The translations under genes and the position numbers were made by a program. DNA of 64,000 nt from the human T2T-CHM13v2.0 reference genome, Homo sapiens, in the NCBI RefSeq assembly GCF_009914755.1, contig NC_060933.1; one strand, written 5' to 3'. The stretch's first letter is position 1. The number at the start of each line of letters is the position of its first letter. The notes beneath the pieces are model-generated. The model did not search any database and was not told the DNA's origin. It worked only from the letters and a program-made list of their open reading frames with translations. This document shows, in pieces, positions 41,901-56,900 of the stretch.

Positions 41901-44900
41901 CCTGCAGACATATCCCAGAAAATTGGTACATCACCTGGGCGATCAGTGGAGATATCTGTCACAATCCCCTTTAGGCGCAGCTTAGAGAAGCGTTACATCA
42001 GATGACTGATCAGTGCAGAGATATGTCGCTGTGCCCCCATAGGCAGATCCAAGACAGGAGTCCATCACCTGGCTGATCAGTGCAGAAATATGTCACAATG
42101 CCGCCAGTAGGCAGATAAAGACAAGTATTACATCACCTGTGTGATCACTTCAGAGATATGTCAAAATGCCCCTGTAGGCATAGCCTAGACAAGAGTCTCA
42201 TCACCTGGGTGATCAGTGCAGAGTTATGTCACAATGCCTCCCTTTGGCAGAGCCTAGACAAAGGTTACATCACCTGGGTGATTGGGGCAGTGACATGTCA
42301 CAATGCCACCTGTAAGCAGATCCCAGACACTAGTGGCATAACCTCGGTGATCAGTGCAGAGATATGTCTCAAAACACCCTGTCGGGGAAGCCTATACAAG
42401 AGTTACATAATATCGGTGATCGGTGCAGTGATATGTTAACATGCCCCTGAAGGCAGAGCCTAGACAAGAGTTACATCACCTGGGTGATCCGTGCAGAGAT
42501 ATCTCACAATAACCCTGTAAGCAGAGCCAAGACAACAGTTACATCACCAGCGAGATAAGTGCAGAGATATGTCATAAATCTCAAAGAAGGCAAAGCCTAG
42601 ACAAGTTTTACATCACCTCAGCGAGCAGTGCAGCGATATTTCCCAATGTCCCTCTAGGCAGAGCTTAGACAAGAGTCACATGTCCTGGGTGATCAGTGCA
42701 GAGATAAGTAACAATGCCTCCATAGGAAGAGCCTAGACAAGAGTTACCTAACCCAGGTGATCCGAACAGAGTGATGTCACAACGCCCTCTGTAGGCACAG
42801 ACTAGAAAACCGTTACATCACCTGGGTGATCATCGCAGAGATATGTCACAATGCCCCCTGTAGGCAGAGCATAGACAAGAGTTGCACCACCTGGGTAATC
42901 AGTGCAGAGATATGTCACAATTTGCCCTGTAGTCAGAGCATAGAGAAACGTTGCATCACCTGGGTGATCAGTGCAGAGATATGTCACAATGTCCCCTGTA
43001 GGCAAAGGCTAGGCCGAGGGTTACATCGCGTTTGTCATCAGTGCAGGGATATGTGAAAACGACCCTGGAGGCAGGGCTTAGGCGACTGTTATATCCCCTA
43101 ATGATCGGTGCAGAGATATTTCACAATACTCCTGTAGGCAGATCCTAGTCAAGAGTTGAATCACCTGGGTGGTCAGTGCAGAGATATGTCACAAAGCTCC
43201 TGTAGGCAGAACTTAGATGAGTTACATCACTTGGGTGATCAGGGCAAAGCTATGTCACACAGCCCACTGTATGCAAAGCCTAGACAATATTTACATCACT
43301 TACTTGGGTGATCAGTGGCGAGATCTCTTACAATTCCCCTGTAGGCAGAGCTTATACAACAGTTTCATCACCTGAGTGATCAGTGCAGAGGTATGTCACA
43401 ATGCCCCCATAGGCAGATCCAAGACAAGAGTCCGTCACCTGGGTGATCAGAGTAGAGATATGTGAGAATTCCCGTGTAGGCAGAGCCTCGACAAGTTTTA
43501 CATAACCTAGGTTATCAGTGCCACTATAAATCATAAAGAATCCTGTAGGCAGAGCATAGACAAGAGTACCCTCCCCAGAGTGATCAGTGCAGAGATGTGT
43601 CACAAAGCCCATGCAGGCAGAGCCTTGACAAGAGTTTCATCACTTGGTGGATCAGTTCACAGATGTGTCAAAATGTCCATGTAGGCAGGTCTAAGACAAG
43701 AGTCCATCACCCGGGTGATCAGTGAAGGGATATGTACTAATGTCCCCTGCAGTCAGTGCCTAGACAAGAGTTGCCTCACCTCAGAGATCAGTGCAGAGAT
43801 ATGTCACAAAGCCTCCTGTAGGCAAAGCCCATACAAGGCTCACATCTCCTAGGTGACCAATACAGTGATATGTCACAAAAGTCCCTGAAGACAGAGCGTA
43901 GGAAAGAGTTACATCACCTGGTTTTTCAGCGCAGATACTTGACACAATGCCCCCATAGACAGAACCTAGACAAGACTTCCATCACCTGGGTGATCAGTGC
44001 AGAGATATGTCACAAATCCCCCTGTAGGCAGAGTATAGAGAAGAGTCCCATCACCTGGGTGATCAGTGCAGTGATATTTCACAAATCCCCTGTGGGCAGA
44101 GTGGTCAAGAGTTACATAACCTAGGTGGTCTGTGCAGAGCTATGTCAAAATGCCCCTGTAGGCAGAGCCCAGATAAATGTTACATCACCTGGGAGATCAG
44201 TGCAGAGATACGTCACAATACCCCCTGTAGGTGGAGCCTAGAGAAGAGTTAGATCACCTGGGTGATCAGTGCAGAGATACGTCACAATAACCCCTGTAGG
44301 TGGAGCCTAGACAAGAGTTACATCACCTGAGTGATCAGTACAGAAATATGTCACAAAGCCGCTGTAGGCCAAGCCTAGACAAGGGTTACATCTCCTGGGT
44401 GATCAGTGCAGAAATATGTCAGAAATCCCTGTAGGCCGACCCAAGACAAGAGTTACATCTCCTGGGTGATCAGTGCAAAGATATGTCACAAAGCCCCCTG
44501 CAGACATATCCCAGAAAATTGGTACATCACCTGGGCGATCAGTGGAGATATCTGTCACAATCCCCTTTAGGCGCAGCTTAGAGAAGCGTTACATCAGATG
44601 ACTGATCAGTGCAGAGATATGTCGCTGTGCCCCCATAGGCAGATCCAAGACAGGAGTCCATCACCTGGCTGATCAGTGCAGAAATATGTCACAATGCCGC
44701 CAGTAGGCAGATAAAGACAAGTATTACATCACCTGTGTGATCACTTCAGAGATATGTCAAAATGCCCCTGTAGGCATAGCCTAGACAAGAGTCTCATCAC
44801 CTGGGTGATCAGTGCAGAGTTATGTCACAATGCCTCCCTTTGGCAGAGCCTAGACAAAGGTTACATCACCTGGGTGATTGGGGCAGTGACATGTCACAAT

Positions 44901-47900
44901 GCCACCTGTAAGCAGATCCCAGACACTAGTGGCATAACCTCGGTGATCAGTGCAGAGATATGTCTCAAAACACCCTGTCGGGGAAGCCTATACAAGAGTT
45001 ACATAATATCGGTGATCGGTGCAGTGATATGTTAACATGCCCCTGAAGGCAGAGCCTAGACAAGAGTTACATCACCTGGGTGATCCGTGCAGAGATATCT
45101 CACAATAACCCTGTAAGCAGAGCCAAGACAACAGTTACATCACCAGCGAGATAAGTGCAGAGATATGTCATAAATCTCAAAGAAGGCAAAGCCTAGACAA
45201 GTTTTACATCACCTCAGCGAGCAGTGCAGCGATATTTCCCAATGTCCCTCTAGGCAGAGCTTAGACAAGAGTCACATGTCCTGGGTGATCAGTGCAGAGA
45301 TAAGTAACAATGCCTCCATAGGAAGAGCCTAGACAAGAGTTACCTAACCCAGGTGATCCGAACAGAGTGATGTCACAACGCCCTCTGTAGGCACAGACTA
45401 GAAAACCGTTACATCACCTGGGTGATCATCGCAGAGATATGTCACAATGCCCCCTGTAGGCAGAGCATAGACAAGAGTTGCACCACCTGGGTAATCAGTG
45501 CAGAGATATGTCACAATTTGCCCTGTAGTCAGAGCATAGAGAAACGTTGCATCACCTGGGTGATCAGTGCAGAGATATGTCACAATGTCCCCTGTAGGCA
45601 AAGGCTAGGCCGAGGGTTACATCGCGTTTGTCATCAGTGCAGGGATATGTGAAAACGACCCTGGAGGCAGGGCTTAGGCGACTGTTATATCCCCTAATGA
45701 TCGGTGCAGAGATATTTCACAATACTCCTGTAGGCAGATCCTAGTCAAGAGTTGAATCACCTGGGTGGTCAGTGCAGAGATATGTCACAAAGCTCCTGTA
45801 GGCAGAACTTAGATGAGTTACATCACTTGGGTGATCAGGGCAAAGCTATGTCACACAGCCCACTGTATGCAAAGCCTAGACAATATTTACATCACTTACT
45901 TGGGTGATCAGTGGCGAGATCTCTTACAATTCCCCTGTAGGCAGAGCTTATACAACAGTTTCATCACCTGAGTGATCAGTGCAGAGGTATGTCACAATGC
46001 CCCCATAGGCAGATCCAAGACAAGAGTCCGTCACCTGGGTGATCAGAGTAGAGATATGTGAGAATTCCCGTGTAGGCAGAGCCTCGACAAGTTTTACATA
46101 ACCTAGGTTATCAGTGCCACTATAAATCATAAAGAATCCTGTAGGCAGAGCATAGACAAGAGTACCCTCCCCAGAGTGATCAGTGCAGAGATGTGTCACA
46201 AAGCCCATGCAGGCAGAGCCTTGACAAGAGTTTCATCACTTGGTGGATCAGTTCACAGATGTGTCAAAATGTCCATGTAGGCAGGTCTAAGACAAGAGTC
46301 CATCACCCGGGTGATCAGTGAAGGGATATGTACTAATGTCCCCTGCAGTCAGTGCCTAGACAAGAGTTGCCTCACCTCAGAGATCAGTGCAGAGATATGT
46401 CACAAAGCCTCCTGTAGGCAAAGCCCATACAAGGCTCACATCTCCTAGGTGACCAATACAGTGATATGTCACAAAAGTCCCTGAAGACAGAGCGTAGGAA
46501 AGAGTTACATCACCTGGTTTTTCAGCGCAGATACTTGACACAATGCCCCCATAGACAGAACCTAGACAAGACTTCCATCACCTGGGTGATCAGTGCAGAG
46601 ATATGTCACAAATCCCCCTGTAGGCAGAGTATAGAGAAGAGTCCCATCACCTGGGTGATCAGTGCAGTGATATTTCACAAATCCCCTGTGGGCAGAGTGG
46701 TCAAGAGTTACATAACCTAGGTGGTCTGTGCAGAGCTATGTCAAAATGCCCCTGTAGGCAGAGCCCAGATAAATGTTACATCACCTGGGAGATCAGTGCA
46801 GAGATACGTCACAATACCCCCTGTAGGTGGAGCCTAGAGAAGAGTTAGATCACCTGGGTGATCAGTGCAGAGATACGTCACAATAACCCCTGTAGGTGGA
46901 GCCTAGACAAGAGTTACATCACCTGAGTGATCAGTACAGAAATACGTCACAAAGCCGCTGTAGGCCAAGCCTAGACAAGGGTTACATCTCCTGGGTGATC
47001 AGTGCAGAAATATGTCAGAAATCCCTGTAGGCCGACCCAAGACAAGAGTTACATCTCCTGGGTGATCAGTGCAAAGATATGTCACAAAGCCCCCTGCAGA
47101 CATATCCCAGAAAATTGGTACATCACCTGGGCGATCAGTGGAGATATCTGTCACAATCCCCTTTAGGCGCAGCTTAGAGAAGCGTTACATCAGATGACTG
47201 ATCAGTGCAGAGATATGTCGCTGTGCCCCCATAGGCAGATCCAAGACAGGAGTCCATCACCTGGCTGATCAGTGCAGAAATATGTCACAATGCCGCCAGT
47301 AGGCAGATAAAGACAAGTATTACATCACCTGTGTGATCACTTCAGAGATATGTCAAAATGCCCCTGTAGGCATAGCCTAGACAAGAGTCTCATCACCTGG
47401 GTGATCAGTGCAGAGTTATGTCACAATGCCTCCCTTTGGCAGAGCCTAGACAAAGGTTACATCACCTGGGTGATTGGGGCAGTGACATGTCACAATGCCA
47501 CCTGTAAGCAGATCCCAGACACTAGTGGCATAACCTCGGTGATCAGTGCAGAGATATGTCTCAAAACACCCTGTCGGGGAAGCCTATACAAGAGTTACAT
47601 AATATCGGTGATCGGTGCAGTGATATGTTAACATGCCCCTGAAGGCAGAGCCTAGACAAGAGTTACATCACCTGGGTGATCCGTGCAGAGATATCTCACA
47701 ATAACCCTGTAAGCAGAGCCAAGACAACAGTTACATCACCAGCGAGATAAGTGCAGAGATATGTCATAAATCTCAAAGAAGGCAAAGCCTAGACAAGTTT
47801 TACATCACCTCAGCGAGCAGTGCAGCGATATTTCCCAATGTCCCTCTAGGCAGAGCTTAGACAAGAGTCACATGTCCTGGGTGATCAGTGCAGAGATAAG

Positions 47901-50900
47901 TAACAATGCCTCCATAGGAAGAGCCTAGACAAGAGTTACCTAACCCAGGTGATCCGAACAGAGTGATGTCACAACGCCCTCTGTAGGCACAGACTAGAAA
48001 ACCGTTACATCACCTGGGTGATCATCGCAGAGATATGTCACAATGCCCCCTGTAGGCAGAGCATAGACAAGAGTTGCACCACCTGGGTAATCAGTGCAGA
48101 GATATGTCACAATTTGCCCTGTAGTCAGAGCATAGAGAAACGTTGCATCACCTGGGTGATCAGTGCAGAGATATGTCACAATGTCCCCTGTAGGCAAAGG
48201 CTAGGCCGAGGGTTACATCGCGTTTGTCATCAGTGCAGGGATATGTGAAAACGACCCTGGAGGCAGGGCTTAGGCGACTGTTATATCCCCTAATGATCGG
48301 TGCAGAGATATTTCACAATACTCCTGTAGGCAGATCCTAGTCAAGAGTTGAATCACCTGGGTGGTCAGTGCAGAGATATGTCACAAAGCTCCTGTAGGCA
48401 GAACTTAGATGAGTTACATCACTTGGGTGATCAGGGCAAAGCTATGTCACACAGCCCACTGTATGCAAAGCCTAGACAATATTTACATCACTTACTTGGG
48501 TGATCAGTGGCGAGATCTCTTACAATTCCCCTGTAGGCAGAGCTTATACAACAGTTTCATCACCTGAGTGATCAGTGCAGAGGTATGTCACAATGCCCCC
48601 ATAGGCAGATCCAAGACAAGAGTCCGTCACCTGGGTGATCAGAGTAGAGATATGTGAGAATTCCCGTGTAGGCAGAGCCTCGACAAGTTTTACATAACCT
48701 AGGTTATCAGTGCCACTATAAATCATAAAGAATCCTGTAGGCAGAGCATAGACAAGAGTACCCTCCCCAGAGTGATCAGTGCAGAGATGTGTCACAAAGC
48801 CCATGCAGGCAGAGCCTTGACAAGAGTTTCATCACTTGGTGGATCAGTTCACAGATGTGTCAAAATGTCCATGTAGGCAGGTCTAAGACAAGAGTCCATC
48901 ACCCGGGTGATCAGTGAAGGGATATGTACTAATGTCCCCTGCAGTCAGTGCCTAGACAAGAGTTGCCTCACCTCAGAGATCAGTGCAGAGATATGTCACA
49001 AAGCCTCCTGTAGGCAAAGCCCATACAAGGCTCACATCTCCTAGGTGACCAATACAGTGATATGTCACAAAAGTCCCTGAAGACAGAGCGTAGGAAAGAG
49101 TTACATCACCTGGTTTTTCAGCGCAGATACTTGACACAATGCCCCCATAGACAGAACCTAGACAAGACTTCCATCACCTGGGTGATCAGTGCAGAGATAT
49201 GTCACAAATCCCCCTGTAGGCAGAGTATAGAGAAGAGTCCCATCACCTGGGTGATCAGTGCAGTGATATTTCACAAATCCCCTGTGGGCAGAGTGGTCAA
49301 GAGTTACATAACCTAGGTGGTCTGTGCAGAGCTATGTCAAAATGCCCCTGTAGGCAGAGCCCAGATAAATGTTACATCACCTGGGAGATCAGTGCAGAGA
49401 TACGTCACAATACCCCCTGTAGGTGGAGCCTAGAGAAGAGTTAGATCACCTGGGTGATCAGTGCAGAGATACGTCACAATAACCCCTGTAGGTGGAGCCT
49501 AGACAAGAGTTACATCACCTGAGTGATCAGTACAGAAATACGTCACAAAGCCGCTGTAGGCCAAGCCTAGACAAGGGTTACATCTCCTGGGTGATCAGTG
49601 CAGAAATATGTCAGAAATCCCTGTAGGCCGACCCAAGACAAGAGTTACATCTCCTGGGTGATCAGTGCAAAGATATGTCACAAAGCCCCCTGCAGACATA
49701 TCCCAGAAAATTGGTACATCACCTGGGCGATCAGTGGAGATATCTGTCACAATCCCCTTTAGGCGCAGCTTAGAGAAGCGTTACATCAGATGACTGATCA
49801 GTGCAGAGATATGTCGCTGTGCCCCCATAGGCAGATCCAAGACAGGAGTCCATCACCTGGCTGATCAGTGCAGAAATATGTCACAATGCCGCCAGTAGGC
49901 AGATAAAGACAAGTATTACATCACCTGTGTGATCACTTCAGAGATATGTCAAAATGCCCCTGTAGGCATAGCCTAGACAAGAGTCTCATCACCTGGGTGA
50001 TCAGTGCAGAGTTATGTCACAATGCCTCCCTTTGGCAGAGCCTAGACAAAGGTTACATCACCTGGGTGATTGGGGCAGTGACATGTCACAATGCCACCTG
50101 TAAGCAGATCCCAGACACTAGTGGCATAACCTCGGTGATCAGTGCAGAGATATGTCTCAAAACACCCTGTCGGGGAAGCCTATACAAGAGTTACATAATA
50201 TCGGTGATCGGTGCAGTGATATGTTAACATGCCCCTGAAGGCAGAGCCTAGACAAGAGTTACATCACCTGGGTGATCCGTGCAGAGATATCTCACAATAA
50301 CCCTGTAAGCAGAGCCAAGACAACAGTTACATCACCAGCGAGATAAGTGCAGAGATATGTCATAAATCTCAAAGAAGGCAAAGCCTAGACAAGTTTTACA
50401 TCACCTCAGCGAGCAGTGCAGCGATATTTCCCAATGTCCCTCTAGGCAGAGCTTAGACAAGAGTCACATGTCCTGGGTGATCAGTGCAGAGATAAGTAAC
50501 AATGCCTCCATAGGAAGAGCCTAGACAAGAGTTACCTAACCCAGGTGATCCGAACAGAGTGATGTCACAACGCCCTCTGTAGGCACAGACTAGAAAACCG
50601 TTACATCACCTGGGTGATCATCGCAGAGATATGTCACAATGCCCCCTGTAGGCAGAGCATAGACAAGAGTTGCACCACCTGGGTAATCAGTGCAGAGATA
50701 TGTCACAATTTGCCCTGTAGTCAGAGCATAGAGAAACGTTGCATCACCTGGGTGATCAGTGCAGAGATATGTCACAATGTCCCCTGTAGGCAAAGGCTAG
50801 GCCGAGGGTTACATCGCGTTTGTCATCAGTGCAGGGATATGTGAAAACGACCCTGGAGGCAGGGCTTAGGCGACTGTTATATCCCCTAATGATCGGTGCA

Positions 50901-53900
50901 GAGATATTTCACAATACTCCTGTAGGCAGATCCTAGTCAAGAGTTGAATCACCTGGGTGGTCAGTGCAGAGATATGTCACAAAGCTCCTGTAGGCAGAAC
51001 TTAGATGAGTTACATCACTTGGGTGATCAGGGCAAAGCTATGTCACACAGCCCACTGTATGCAAAGCCTAGACAATATTTACATCACTTACTTGGGTGAT
51101 CAGTGGCGAGATCTCTTACAATTCCCCTGTAGGCAGAGCTTATACAACAGTTTCATCACCTGAGTGATCAGTGCAGAGGTATGTCACAATGCCCCCATAG
51201 GCAGATCCAAGACAAGAGTCCGTCACCTGGGTGATCAGAGTAGAGATATGTGAGAATTCCCGTGTAGGCAGAGCCTCGACAAGTTTTACATAACCTAGGT
51301 TATCAGTGCCACTATAAATCATAAAGAATCCTGTAGGCAGAGCATAGACAAGAGTACCCTCCCCAGAGTGATCAGTGCAGAGATGTGTCACAAAGCCCAT
51401 GCAGGCAGAGCCTTGACAAGAGTTTCATCACTTGGTGGATCAGTTCACAGATGTGTCAAAATGTCCATGTAGGCAGGTCTAAGACAAGAGTCCATCACCC
51501 GGGTGATCAGTGAAGGGATATGTACTAATGTCCCCTGCAGTCAGTGCCTAGACAAGAGTTGCCTCACCTCAGAGATCAGTGCAGAGATATGTCACAAAGC
51601 CTCCTGTAGGCAAAGCCCATACAAGGCTCACATCTCCTAGGTGACCAATACAGTGATATGTCACAAAAGTCCCTGAAGACAGAGCGTAGGAAAGAGTTAC
51701 ATCACCTGGTTTTTCAGCGCAGATACTTGACACAATGCCCCCATAGACAGAACCTAGACAAGACTTCCATCACCTGGGTGATCAGTGCAGAGATATGTCA
51801 CAAATCCCCCTGTAGGCAGAGTATAGAGAAGAGTCCCATCACCTGGGTGATCAGTGCAGTGATATTTCACAAATCCCCTGTGGGCAGAGTGGTCAAGAGT
51901 TACATAACCTAGGTGGTCTGTGCAGAGCTATGTCAAAATGCCCCTGTAGGCAGAGCCCAGATAAATGTTACATCACCTGGGAGATCAGTGCAGAGATACG
52001 TCACAATACCCCCTGTAGGTGGAGCCTAGAGAAGAGTTAGATCACCTGGGTGATCAGTGCAGAGATACGTCACAATAACCCCTGTAGGTGGAGCCTAGAC
52101 AAGAGTTACATCACCTGAGTGATCAGTACAGAAATATGTCACAAAGCCGCTGTAGGCCAAGCCTAGACAAGGGTTACATCTCCTGGGTGATCAGTGCAGA
52201 AATATGTCAGAAATCCCTGTAGGCCGACCCAAGACAAGAGTTACATCTCCTGGGTGATCAGTGCAAAGATATGTCACAAAGCCCCCTGCAGACATATCCC
52301 AGAAAATTGGTACATCACCTGGGCGATCAGTGGAGATATCTGTCACAATCCCCTTTAGGCGCAGCTTAGAGAAGCGTTACATCAGATGACTGATCAGTGC
52401 AGAGATATGTCGCTGTGCCCCCATAGGCAGATCCAAGACAGGAGTCCATCACCTGGCTGATCAGTGCAGAAATATGTCACAATGCCGCCAGTAGGCAGAT
52501 AAAGACAAGTATTACATCACCTGTGTGATCACTTCAGAGATATGTCAAAATGCCCCTGTAGGCATAGCCTAGACAAGAGTCTCATCACCTGGGTGATCAG
52601 TGCAGAGTTATGTCACAATGCCTCCCTTTGGCAGAGCCTAGACAAAGGTTACATCACCTGGGTGATTGGGGCAGTGACATGTCACAATGCCACCTGTAAG
52701 CAGATCCCAGACACTAGTGGCATAACCTCGGTGATCAGTGCAGAGATATGTCTCAAAACACCCTGTCGGGGAAGCCTATACAAGAGTTACATAATATCGG
52801 TGATCGGTGCAGTGATATGTTAACATGCCCCTGAAGGCAGAGCCTAGACAAGAGTTACATCACCTGGGTGATCCGTGCAGAGATATCTCACAATAACCCT
52901 GTAAGCAGAGCCAAGACAACAGTTACATCACCAGCGAGATAAGTGCAGAGATATGTCATAAATCTCAAAGAAGGCAAAGCCTAGACAAGTTTTACATCAC
53001 CTCAGCGAGCAGTGCAGCGATATTTCCCAATGTCCCTCTAGGCAGAGCTTAGACAAGAGTCACATGTCCTGGGTGATCAGTGCAGAGATAAGTAACAATG
53101 CCTCCATAGGAAGAGCCTAGACAAGAGTTACCTAACCCAGGTGATCCGAACAGAGTGATGTCACAACGCCCTCTGTAGGCACAGACTAGAAAACCGTTAC
53201 ATCACCTGGGTGATCATCGCAGAGATATGTCACAATGCCCCCTGTAGGCAGAGCATAGACAAGAGTTGCACCACCTGGGTAATCAGTGCAGAGATATGTC
53301 ACAATTTGCCCTGTAGTCAGAGCATAGAGAAACGTTGCATCACCTGGGTGATCAGTGCAGAGATATGTCACAATGTCCCCTGTAGGCAAAGGCTAGGCCG
53401 AGGGTTACATCGCGTTTGTCATCAGTGCAGGGATATGTGAAAACGACCCTGGAGGCAGGGCTTAGGCGACTGTTATATCCCCTAATGATCGGTGCAGAGA
53501 TATTTCACAATACTCCTGTAGGCAGATCCTAGTCAAGAGTTGAATCACCTGGGTGGTCAGTGCAGAGATATGTCACAAAGCTCCTGTAGGCAGAACTTAG
53601 ATGAGTTACATCACTTGGGTGATCAGGGCAAAGCTATGTCACACAGCCCACTGTATGCAAAGCCTAGACAATATTTACATCACTTACTTGGGTGATCAGT
53701 GGCGAGATCTCTTACAATTCCCCTGTAGGCAGAGCTTATACAACAGTTTCATCACCTGAGTGATCAGTGCAGAGGTATGTCACAATGCCCCCATAGGCAG
53801 ATCCAAGACAAGAGTCCGTCACCTGGGTGATCAGAGTAGAGATATGTGAGAATTCCCGTGTAGGCAGAGCCTCGACAAGTTTTACATAACCTAGGTTATC

Positions 53901-56900
53901 AGTGCCACTATAAATCATAAAGAATCCTGTAGGCAGAGCATAGACAAGAGTACCCTCCCCAGAGTGATCAGTGCAGAGATGTGTCACAAAGCCCATGCAG
54001 GCAGAGCCTTGACAAGAGTTTCATCACTTGGTGGATCAGTTCACAGATGTGTCAAAATGTCCATGTAGGCAGGTCTAAGACAAGAGTCCATCACCCGGGT
54101 GATCAGTGAAGGGATATGTACTAATGTCCCCTGCAGTCAGTGCCTAGACAAGAGTTGCCTCACCTCAGAGATCAGTGCAGAGATATGTCACAAAGCCTCC
54201 TGTAGGCAAAGCCCATACAAGGCTCACATCTCCTAGGTGACCAATACAGTGATATGTCACAAAAGTCCCTGAAGACAGAGCGTAGGAAAGAGTTACATCA
54301 CCTGGTTTTTCAGCGCAGATACTTGACACAATGCCCCCATAGACAGAACCTAGACAAGACTTCCATCACCTGGATGATCAGTGCAGAGATATGTCACAAA
54401 TCCCCCTGTAGGCAGAGTATAGAGAAGAGTCCCATCACCTGGGTGATCAGTGCAGTGATATTTCACAAATCCCCTGTGGGCAGAGTGGTCAAGAGTTACA
54501 TAACCTAGGTGGTCTGTGCAGAGCTATGTCAAAATGCCCCTGTAGGCAGAGCCCAGATAAATGTTACATCACCTGGGAGATCAGTGCAGAGATACGTCAC
54601 AATACCCCCTGTAGGTGGAGCCTAGAGAAGAGTTAGATCACCTGGGTGATCAGTGCAGAGATACGTCACAATAACCCCTGTAGGTGGAGCCTAGACAAGA
54701 GTTACATCACCTGAGTGATCAGTACAGAAATATGTCACAAAGCCGCTGTAGGCCAAGCCTAGACAAGGGTTACATCTCCTGGGTGATCAGTGCAGAAATA
54801 TGTCAGAAATCCCTGTAGGCCGACCCAAGACAAGAGTTACATCTCCTGGGTGATCAGTGCAAAGATATGTCACAAAGCCCCCTGCAGACATATCCCAGAA
54901 AATTGGTACATCACCTGGGCGATCAGTGGAGATATCTGTCACAATCCCCTTTAGGCGCAGCTTAGAGAAGCGTTACATCAGATGACTGATCAGTGCAGAG
55001 ATATGTCGCTGTGCCCCCATAGGCAGATCCAAGACAGGAGTCCATCACCTGGCTGATCAGTGCAGAAATATGTCACAATGCCGCCAGTAGGCAGATAAAG
55101 ACAAGTATTACATCACCTGTGTGATCACTTCAGAGATATGTCAAAATGCCCCTGTAGGCATAGCCTAGACAAGAGTCTCATCACCTGGGTGATCAGTGCA
55201 GAGTTATGTCACAATGCCTCCCTTTGGCAGAGCCTAGACAAAGGTTACATCACCTGGGTGATTGGGGCAGTGACATGTCACAATGCCACCTGTAAGCAGA
55301 TCCCAGACACTAGTGGCATAACCTCGGTGATCAGTGCAGAGATATGTCTCAAAACACCCTGTCGGGGAAGCCTATACAAGAGTTACATAATATCGGTGAT
55401 CGGTGCAGTGATATGTTAACATGCCCCTGAAGGCAGAGCCTAGACAAGAGTTACATCACCTGGGTGATCCGTGCAGAGATATCTCACAATAACCCTGTAA
55501 GCAGAGCCAAGACAACAGTTACATCACCAGCGAGATAAGTGCAGAGATATGTCATAAATCTCAAAGAAGGCAAAGCCTAGACAAGTTTTACATCACCTCA
55601 GCGAGCAGTGCAGCGATATTTCCCAATGTCCCTCTAGGCAGAGCTTAGACAAGAGTCACATGTCCTGGGTGATCAGTGCAGAGATAAGTAACAATGCCTC
55701 CATAGGAAGAGCCTAGACAAGAGTTACCTAACCCAGGTGATCCGAACAGAGTGATGTCACAACGCCCTCTGTAGGCACAGACTAGAAAACCGTTACATCA
55801 CCTGGGTGATCATCGCAGAGATATGTCACAATGCCCCCTGTAGGCAGAGCATAGACAAGAGTTGCACCACCTGGGTAATCAGTGCAGAGATATGTCACAA
55901 TTTGCCCTGTAGTCAGAGCATAGAGAAACGTTGCATCACCTGGGTGATCAGTGCAGAGATATGTCACAATGTCCCCTGTAGGCAAAGGCTAGGCCGAGGG
56001 TTACATCGCGTTTGTCATCAGTGCAGGGATATGTGAAAACGACCCTGGAGGCAGGGCTTAGGCGACTGTTATATCCCCTAATGATCGGTGCAGAGATATT
56101 TCACAATACTCCTGTAGGCAGATCCTAGTCAAGAGTTGAATCACCTGGGTGGTCAGTGCAGAGATATGTCACAAAGCTCCTGTAGGCAGAACTTAGATGA
56201 GTTACATCACTTGGGTGATCAGGGCAAAGCTATGTCACACAGCCCACTGTATGCAAAGCCTAGACAATATTTACATCACTTACTTGGGTGATCAGTGGCG
56301 AGATCTCTTACAATTCCCCTGTAGGCAGAGCTTATACAACAGTTTCATCACCTGAGTGATCAGTGCAGAGGTATGTCACAATGCCCCCATAGGCAGATCC
56401 AAGACAAGAGTCCGTCACCTGGGTGATCAGAGTAGAGATATGTGAGAATTCCCGTGTAGGCAGAGCCTCGACAAGTTTTACATAACCTAGGTTATCAGTG
56501 CCACTATAAATCATAAAGAATCCTGTAGGCAGAGCATAGACAAGAGTACCCTCCCCAGAGTGATCAGTGCAGAGATGTGTCACAAAGCCCATGCAGGCAG
56601 AGCCTTGACAAGAGTTTCATCACTTGGTGGATCAGTTCACAGATGTGTCAAAATGTCCATGTAGGCAGGTCTAAGACAAGAGTCCATCACCCGGGTGATC
56701 AGTGAAGGGATATGTACTAATGTCCCCTGCAGTCAGTGCCTAGACAAGAGTTGCCTCACCTCAGAGATCAGTGCAGAGATATGTCACAAAGCCTCCTGTA
56801 GGCAAAGCCCATACAAGGCTCACATCTCCTAGGTGACCAATACAGTGATATGTCACAAAAGTCCCTGAAGACAGAGCGTAGGAAAGAGTTACATCACCTG

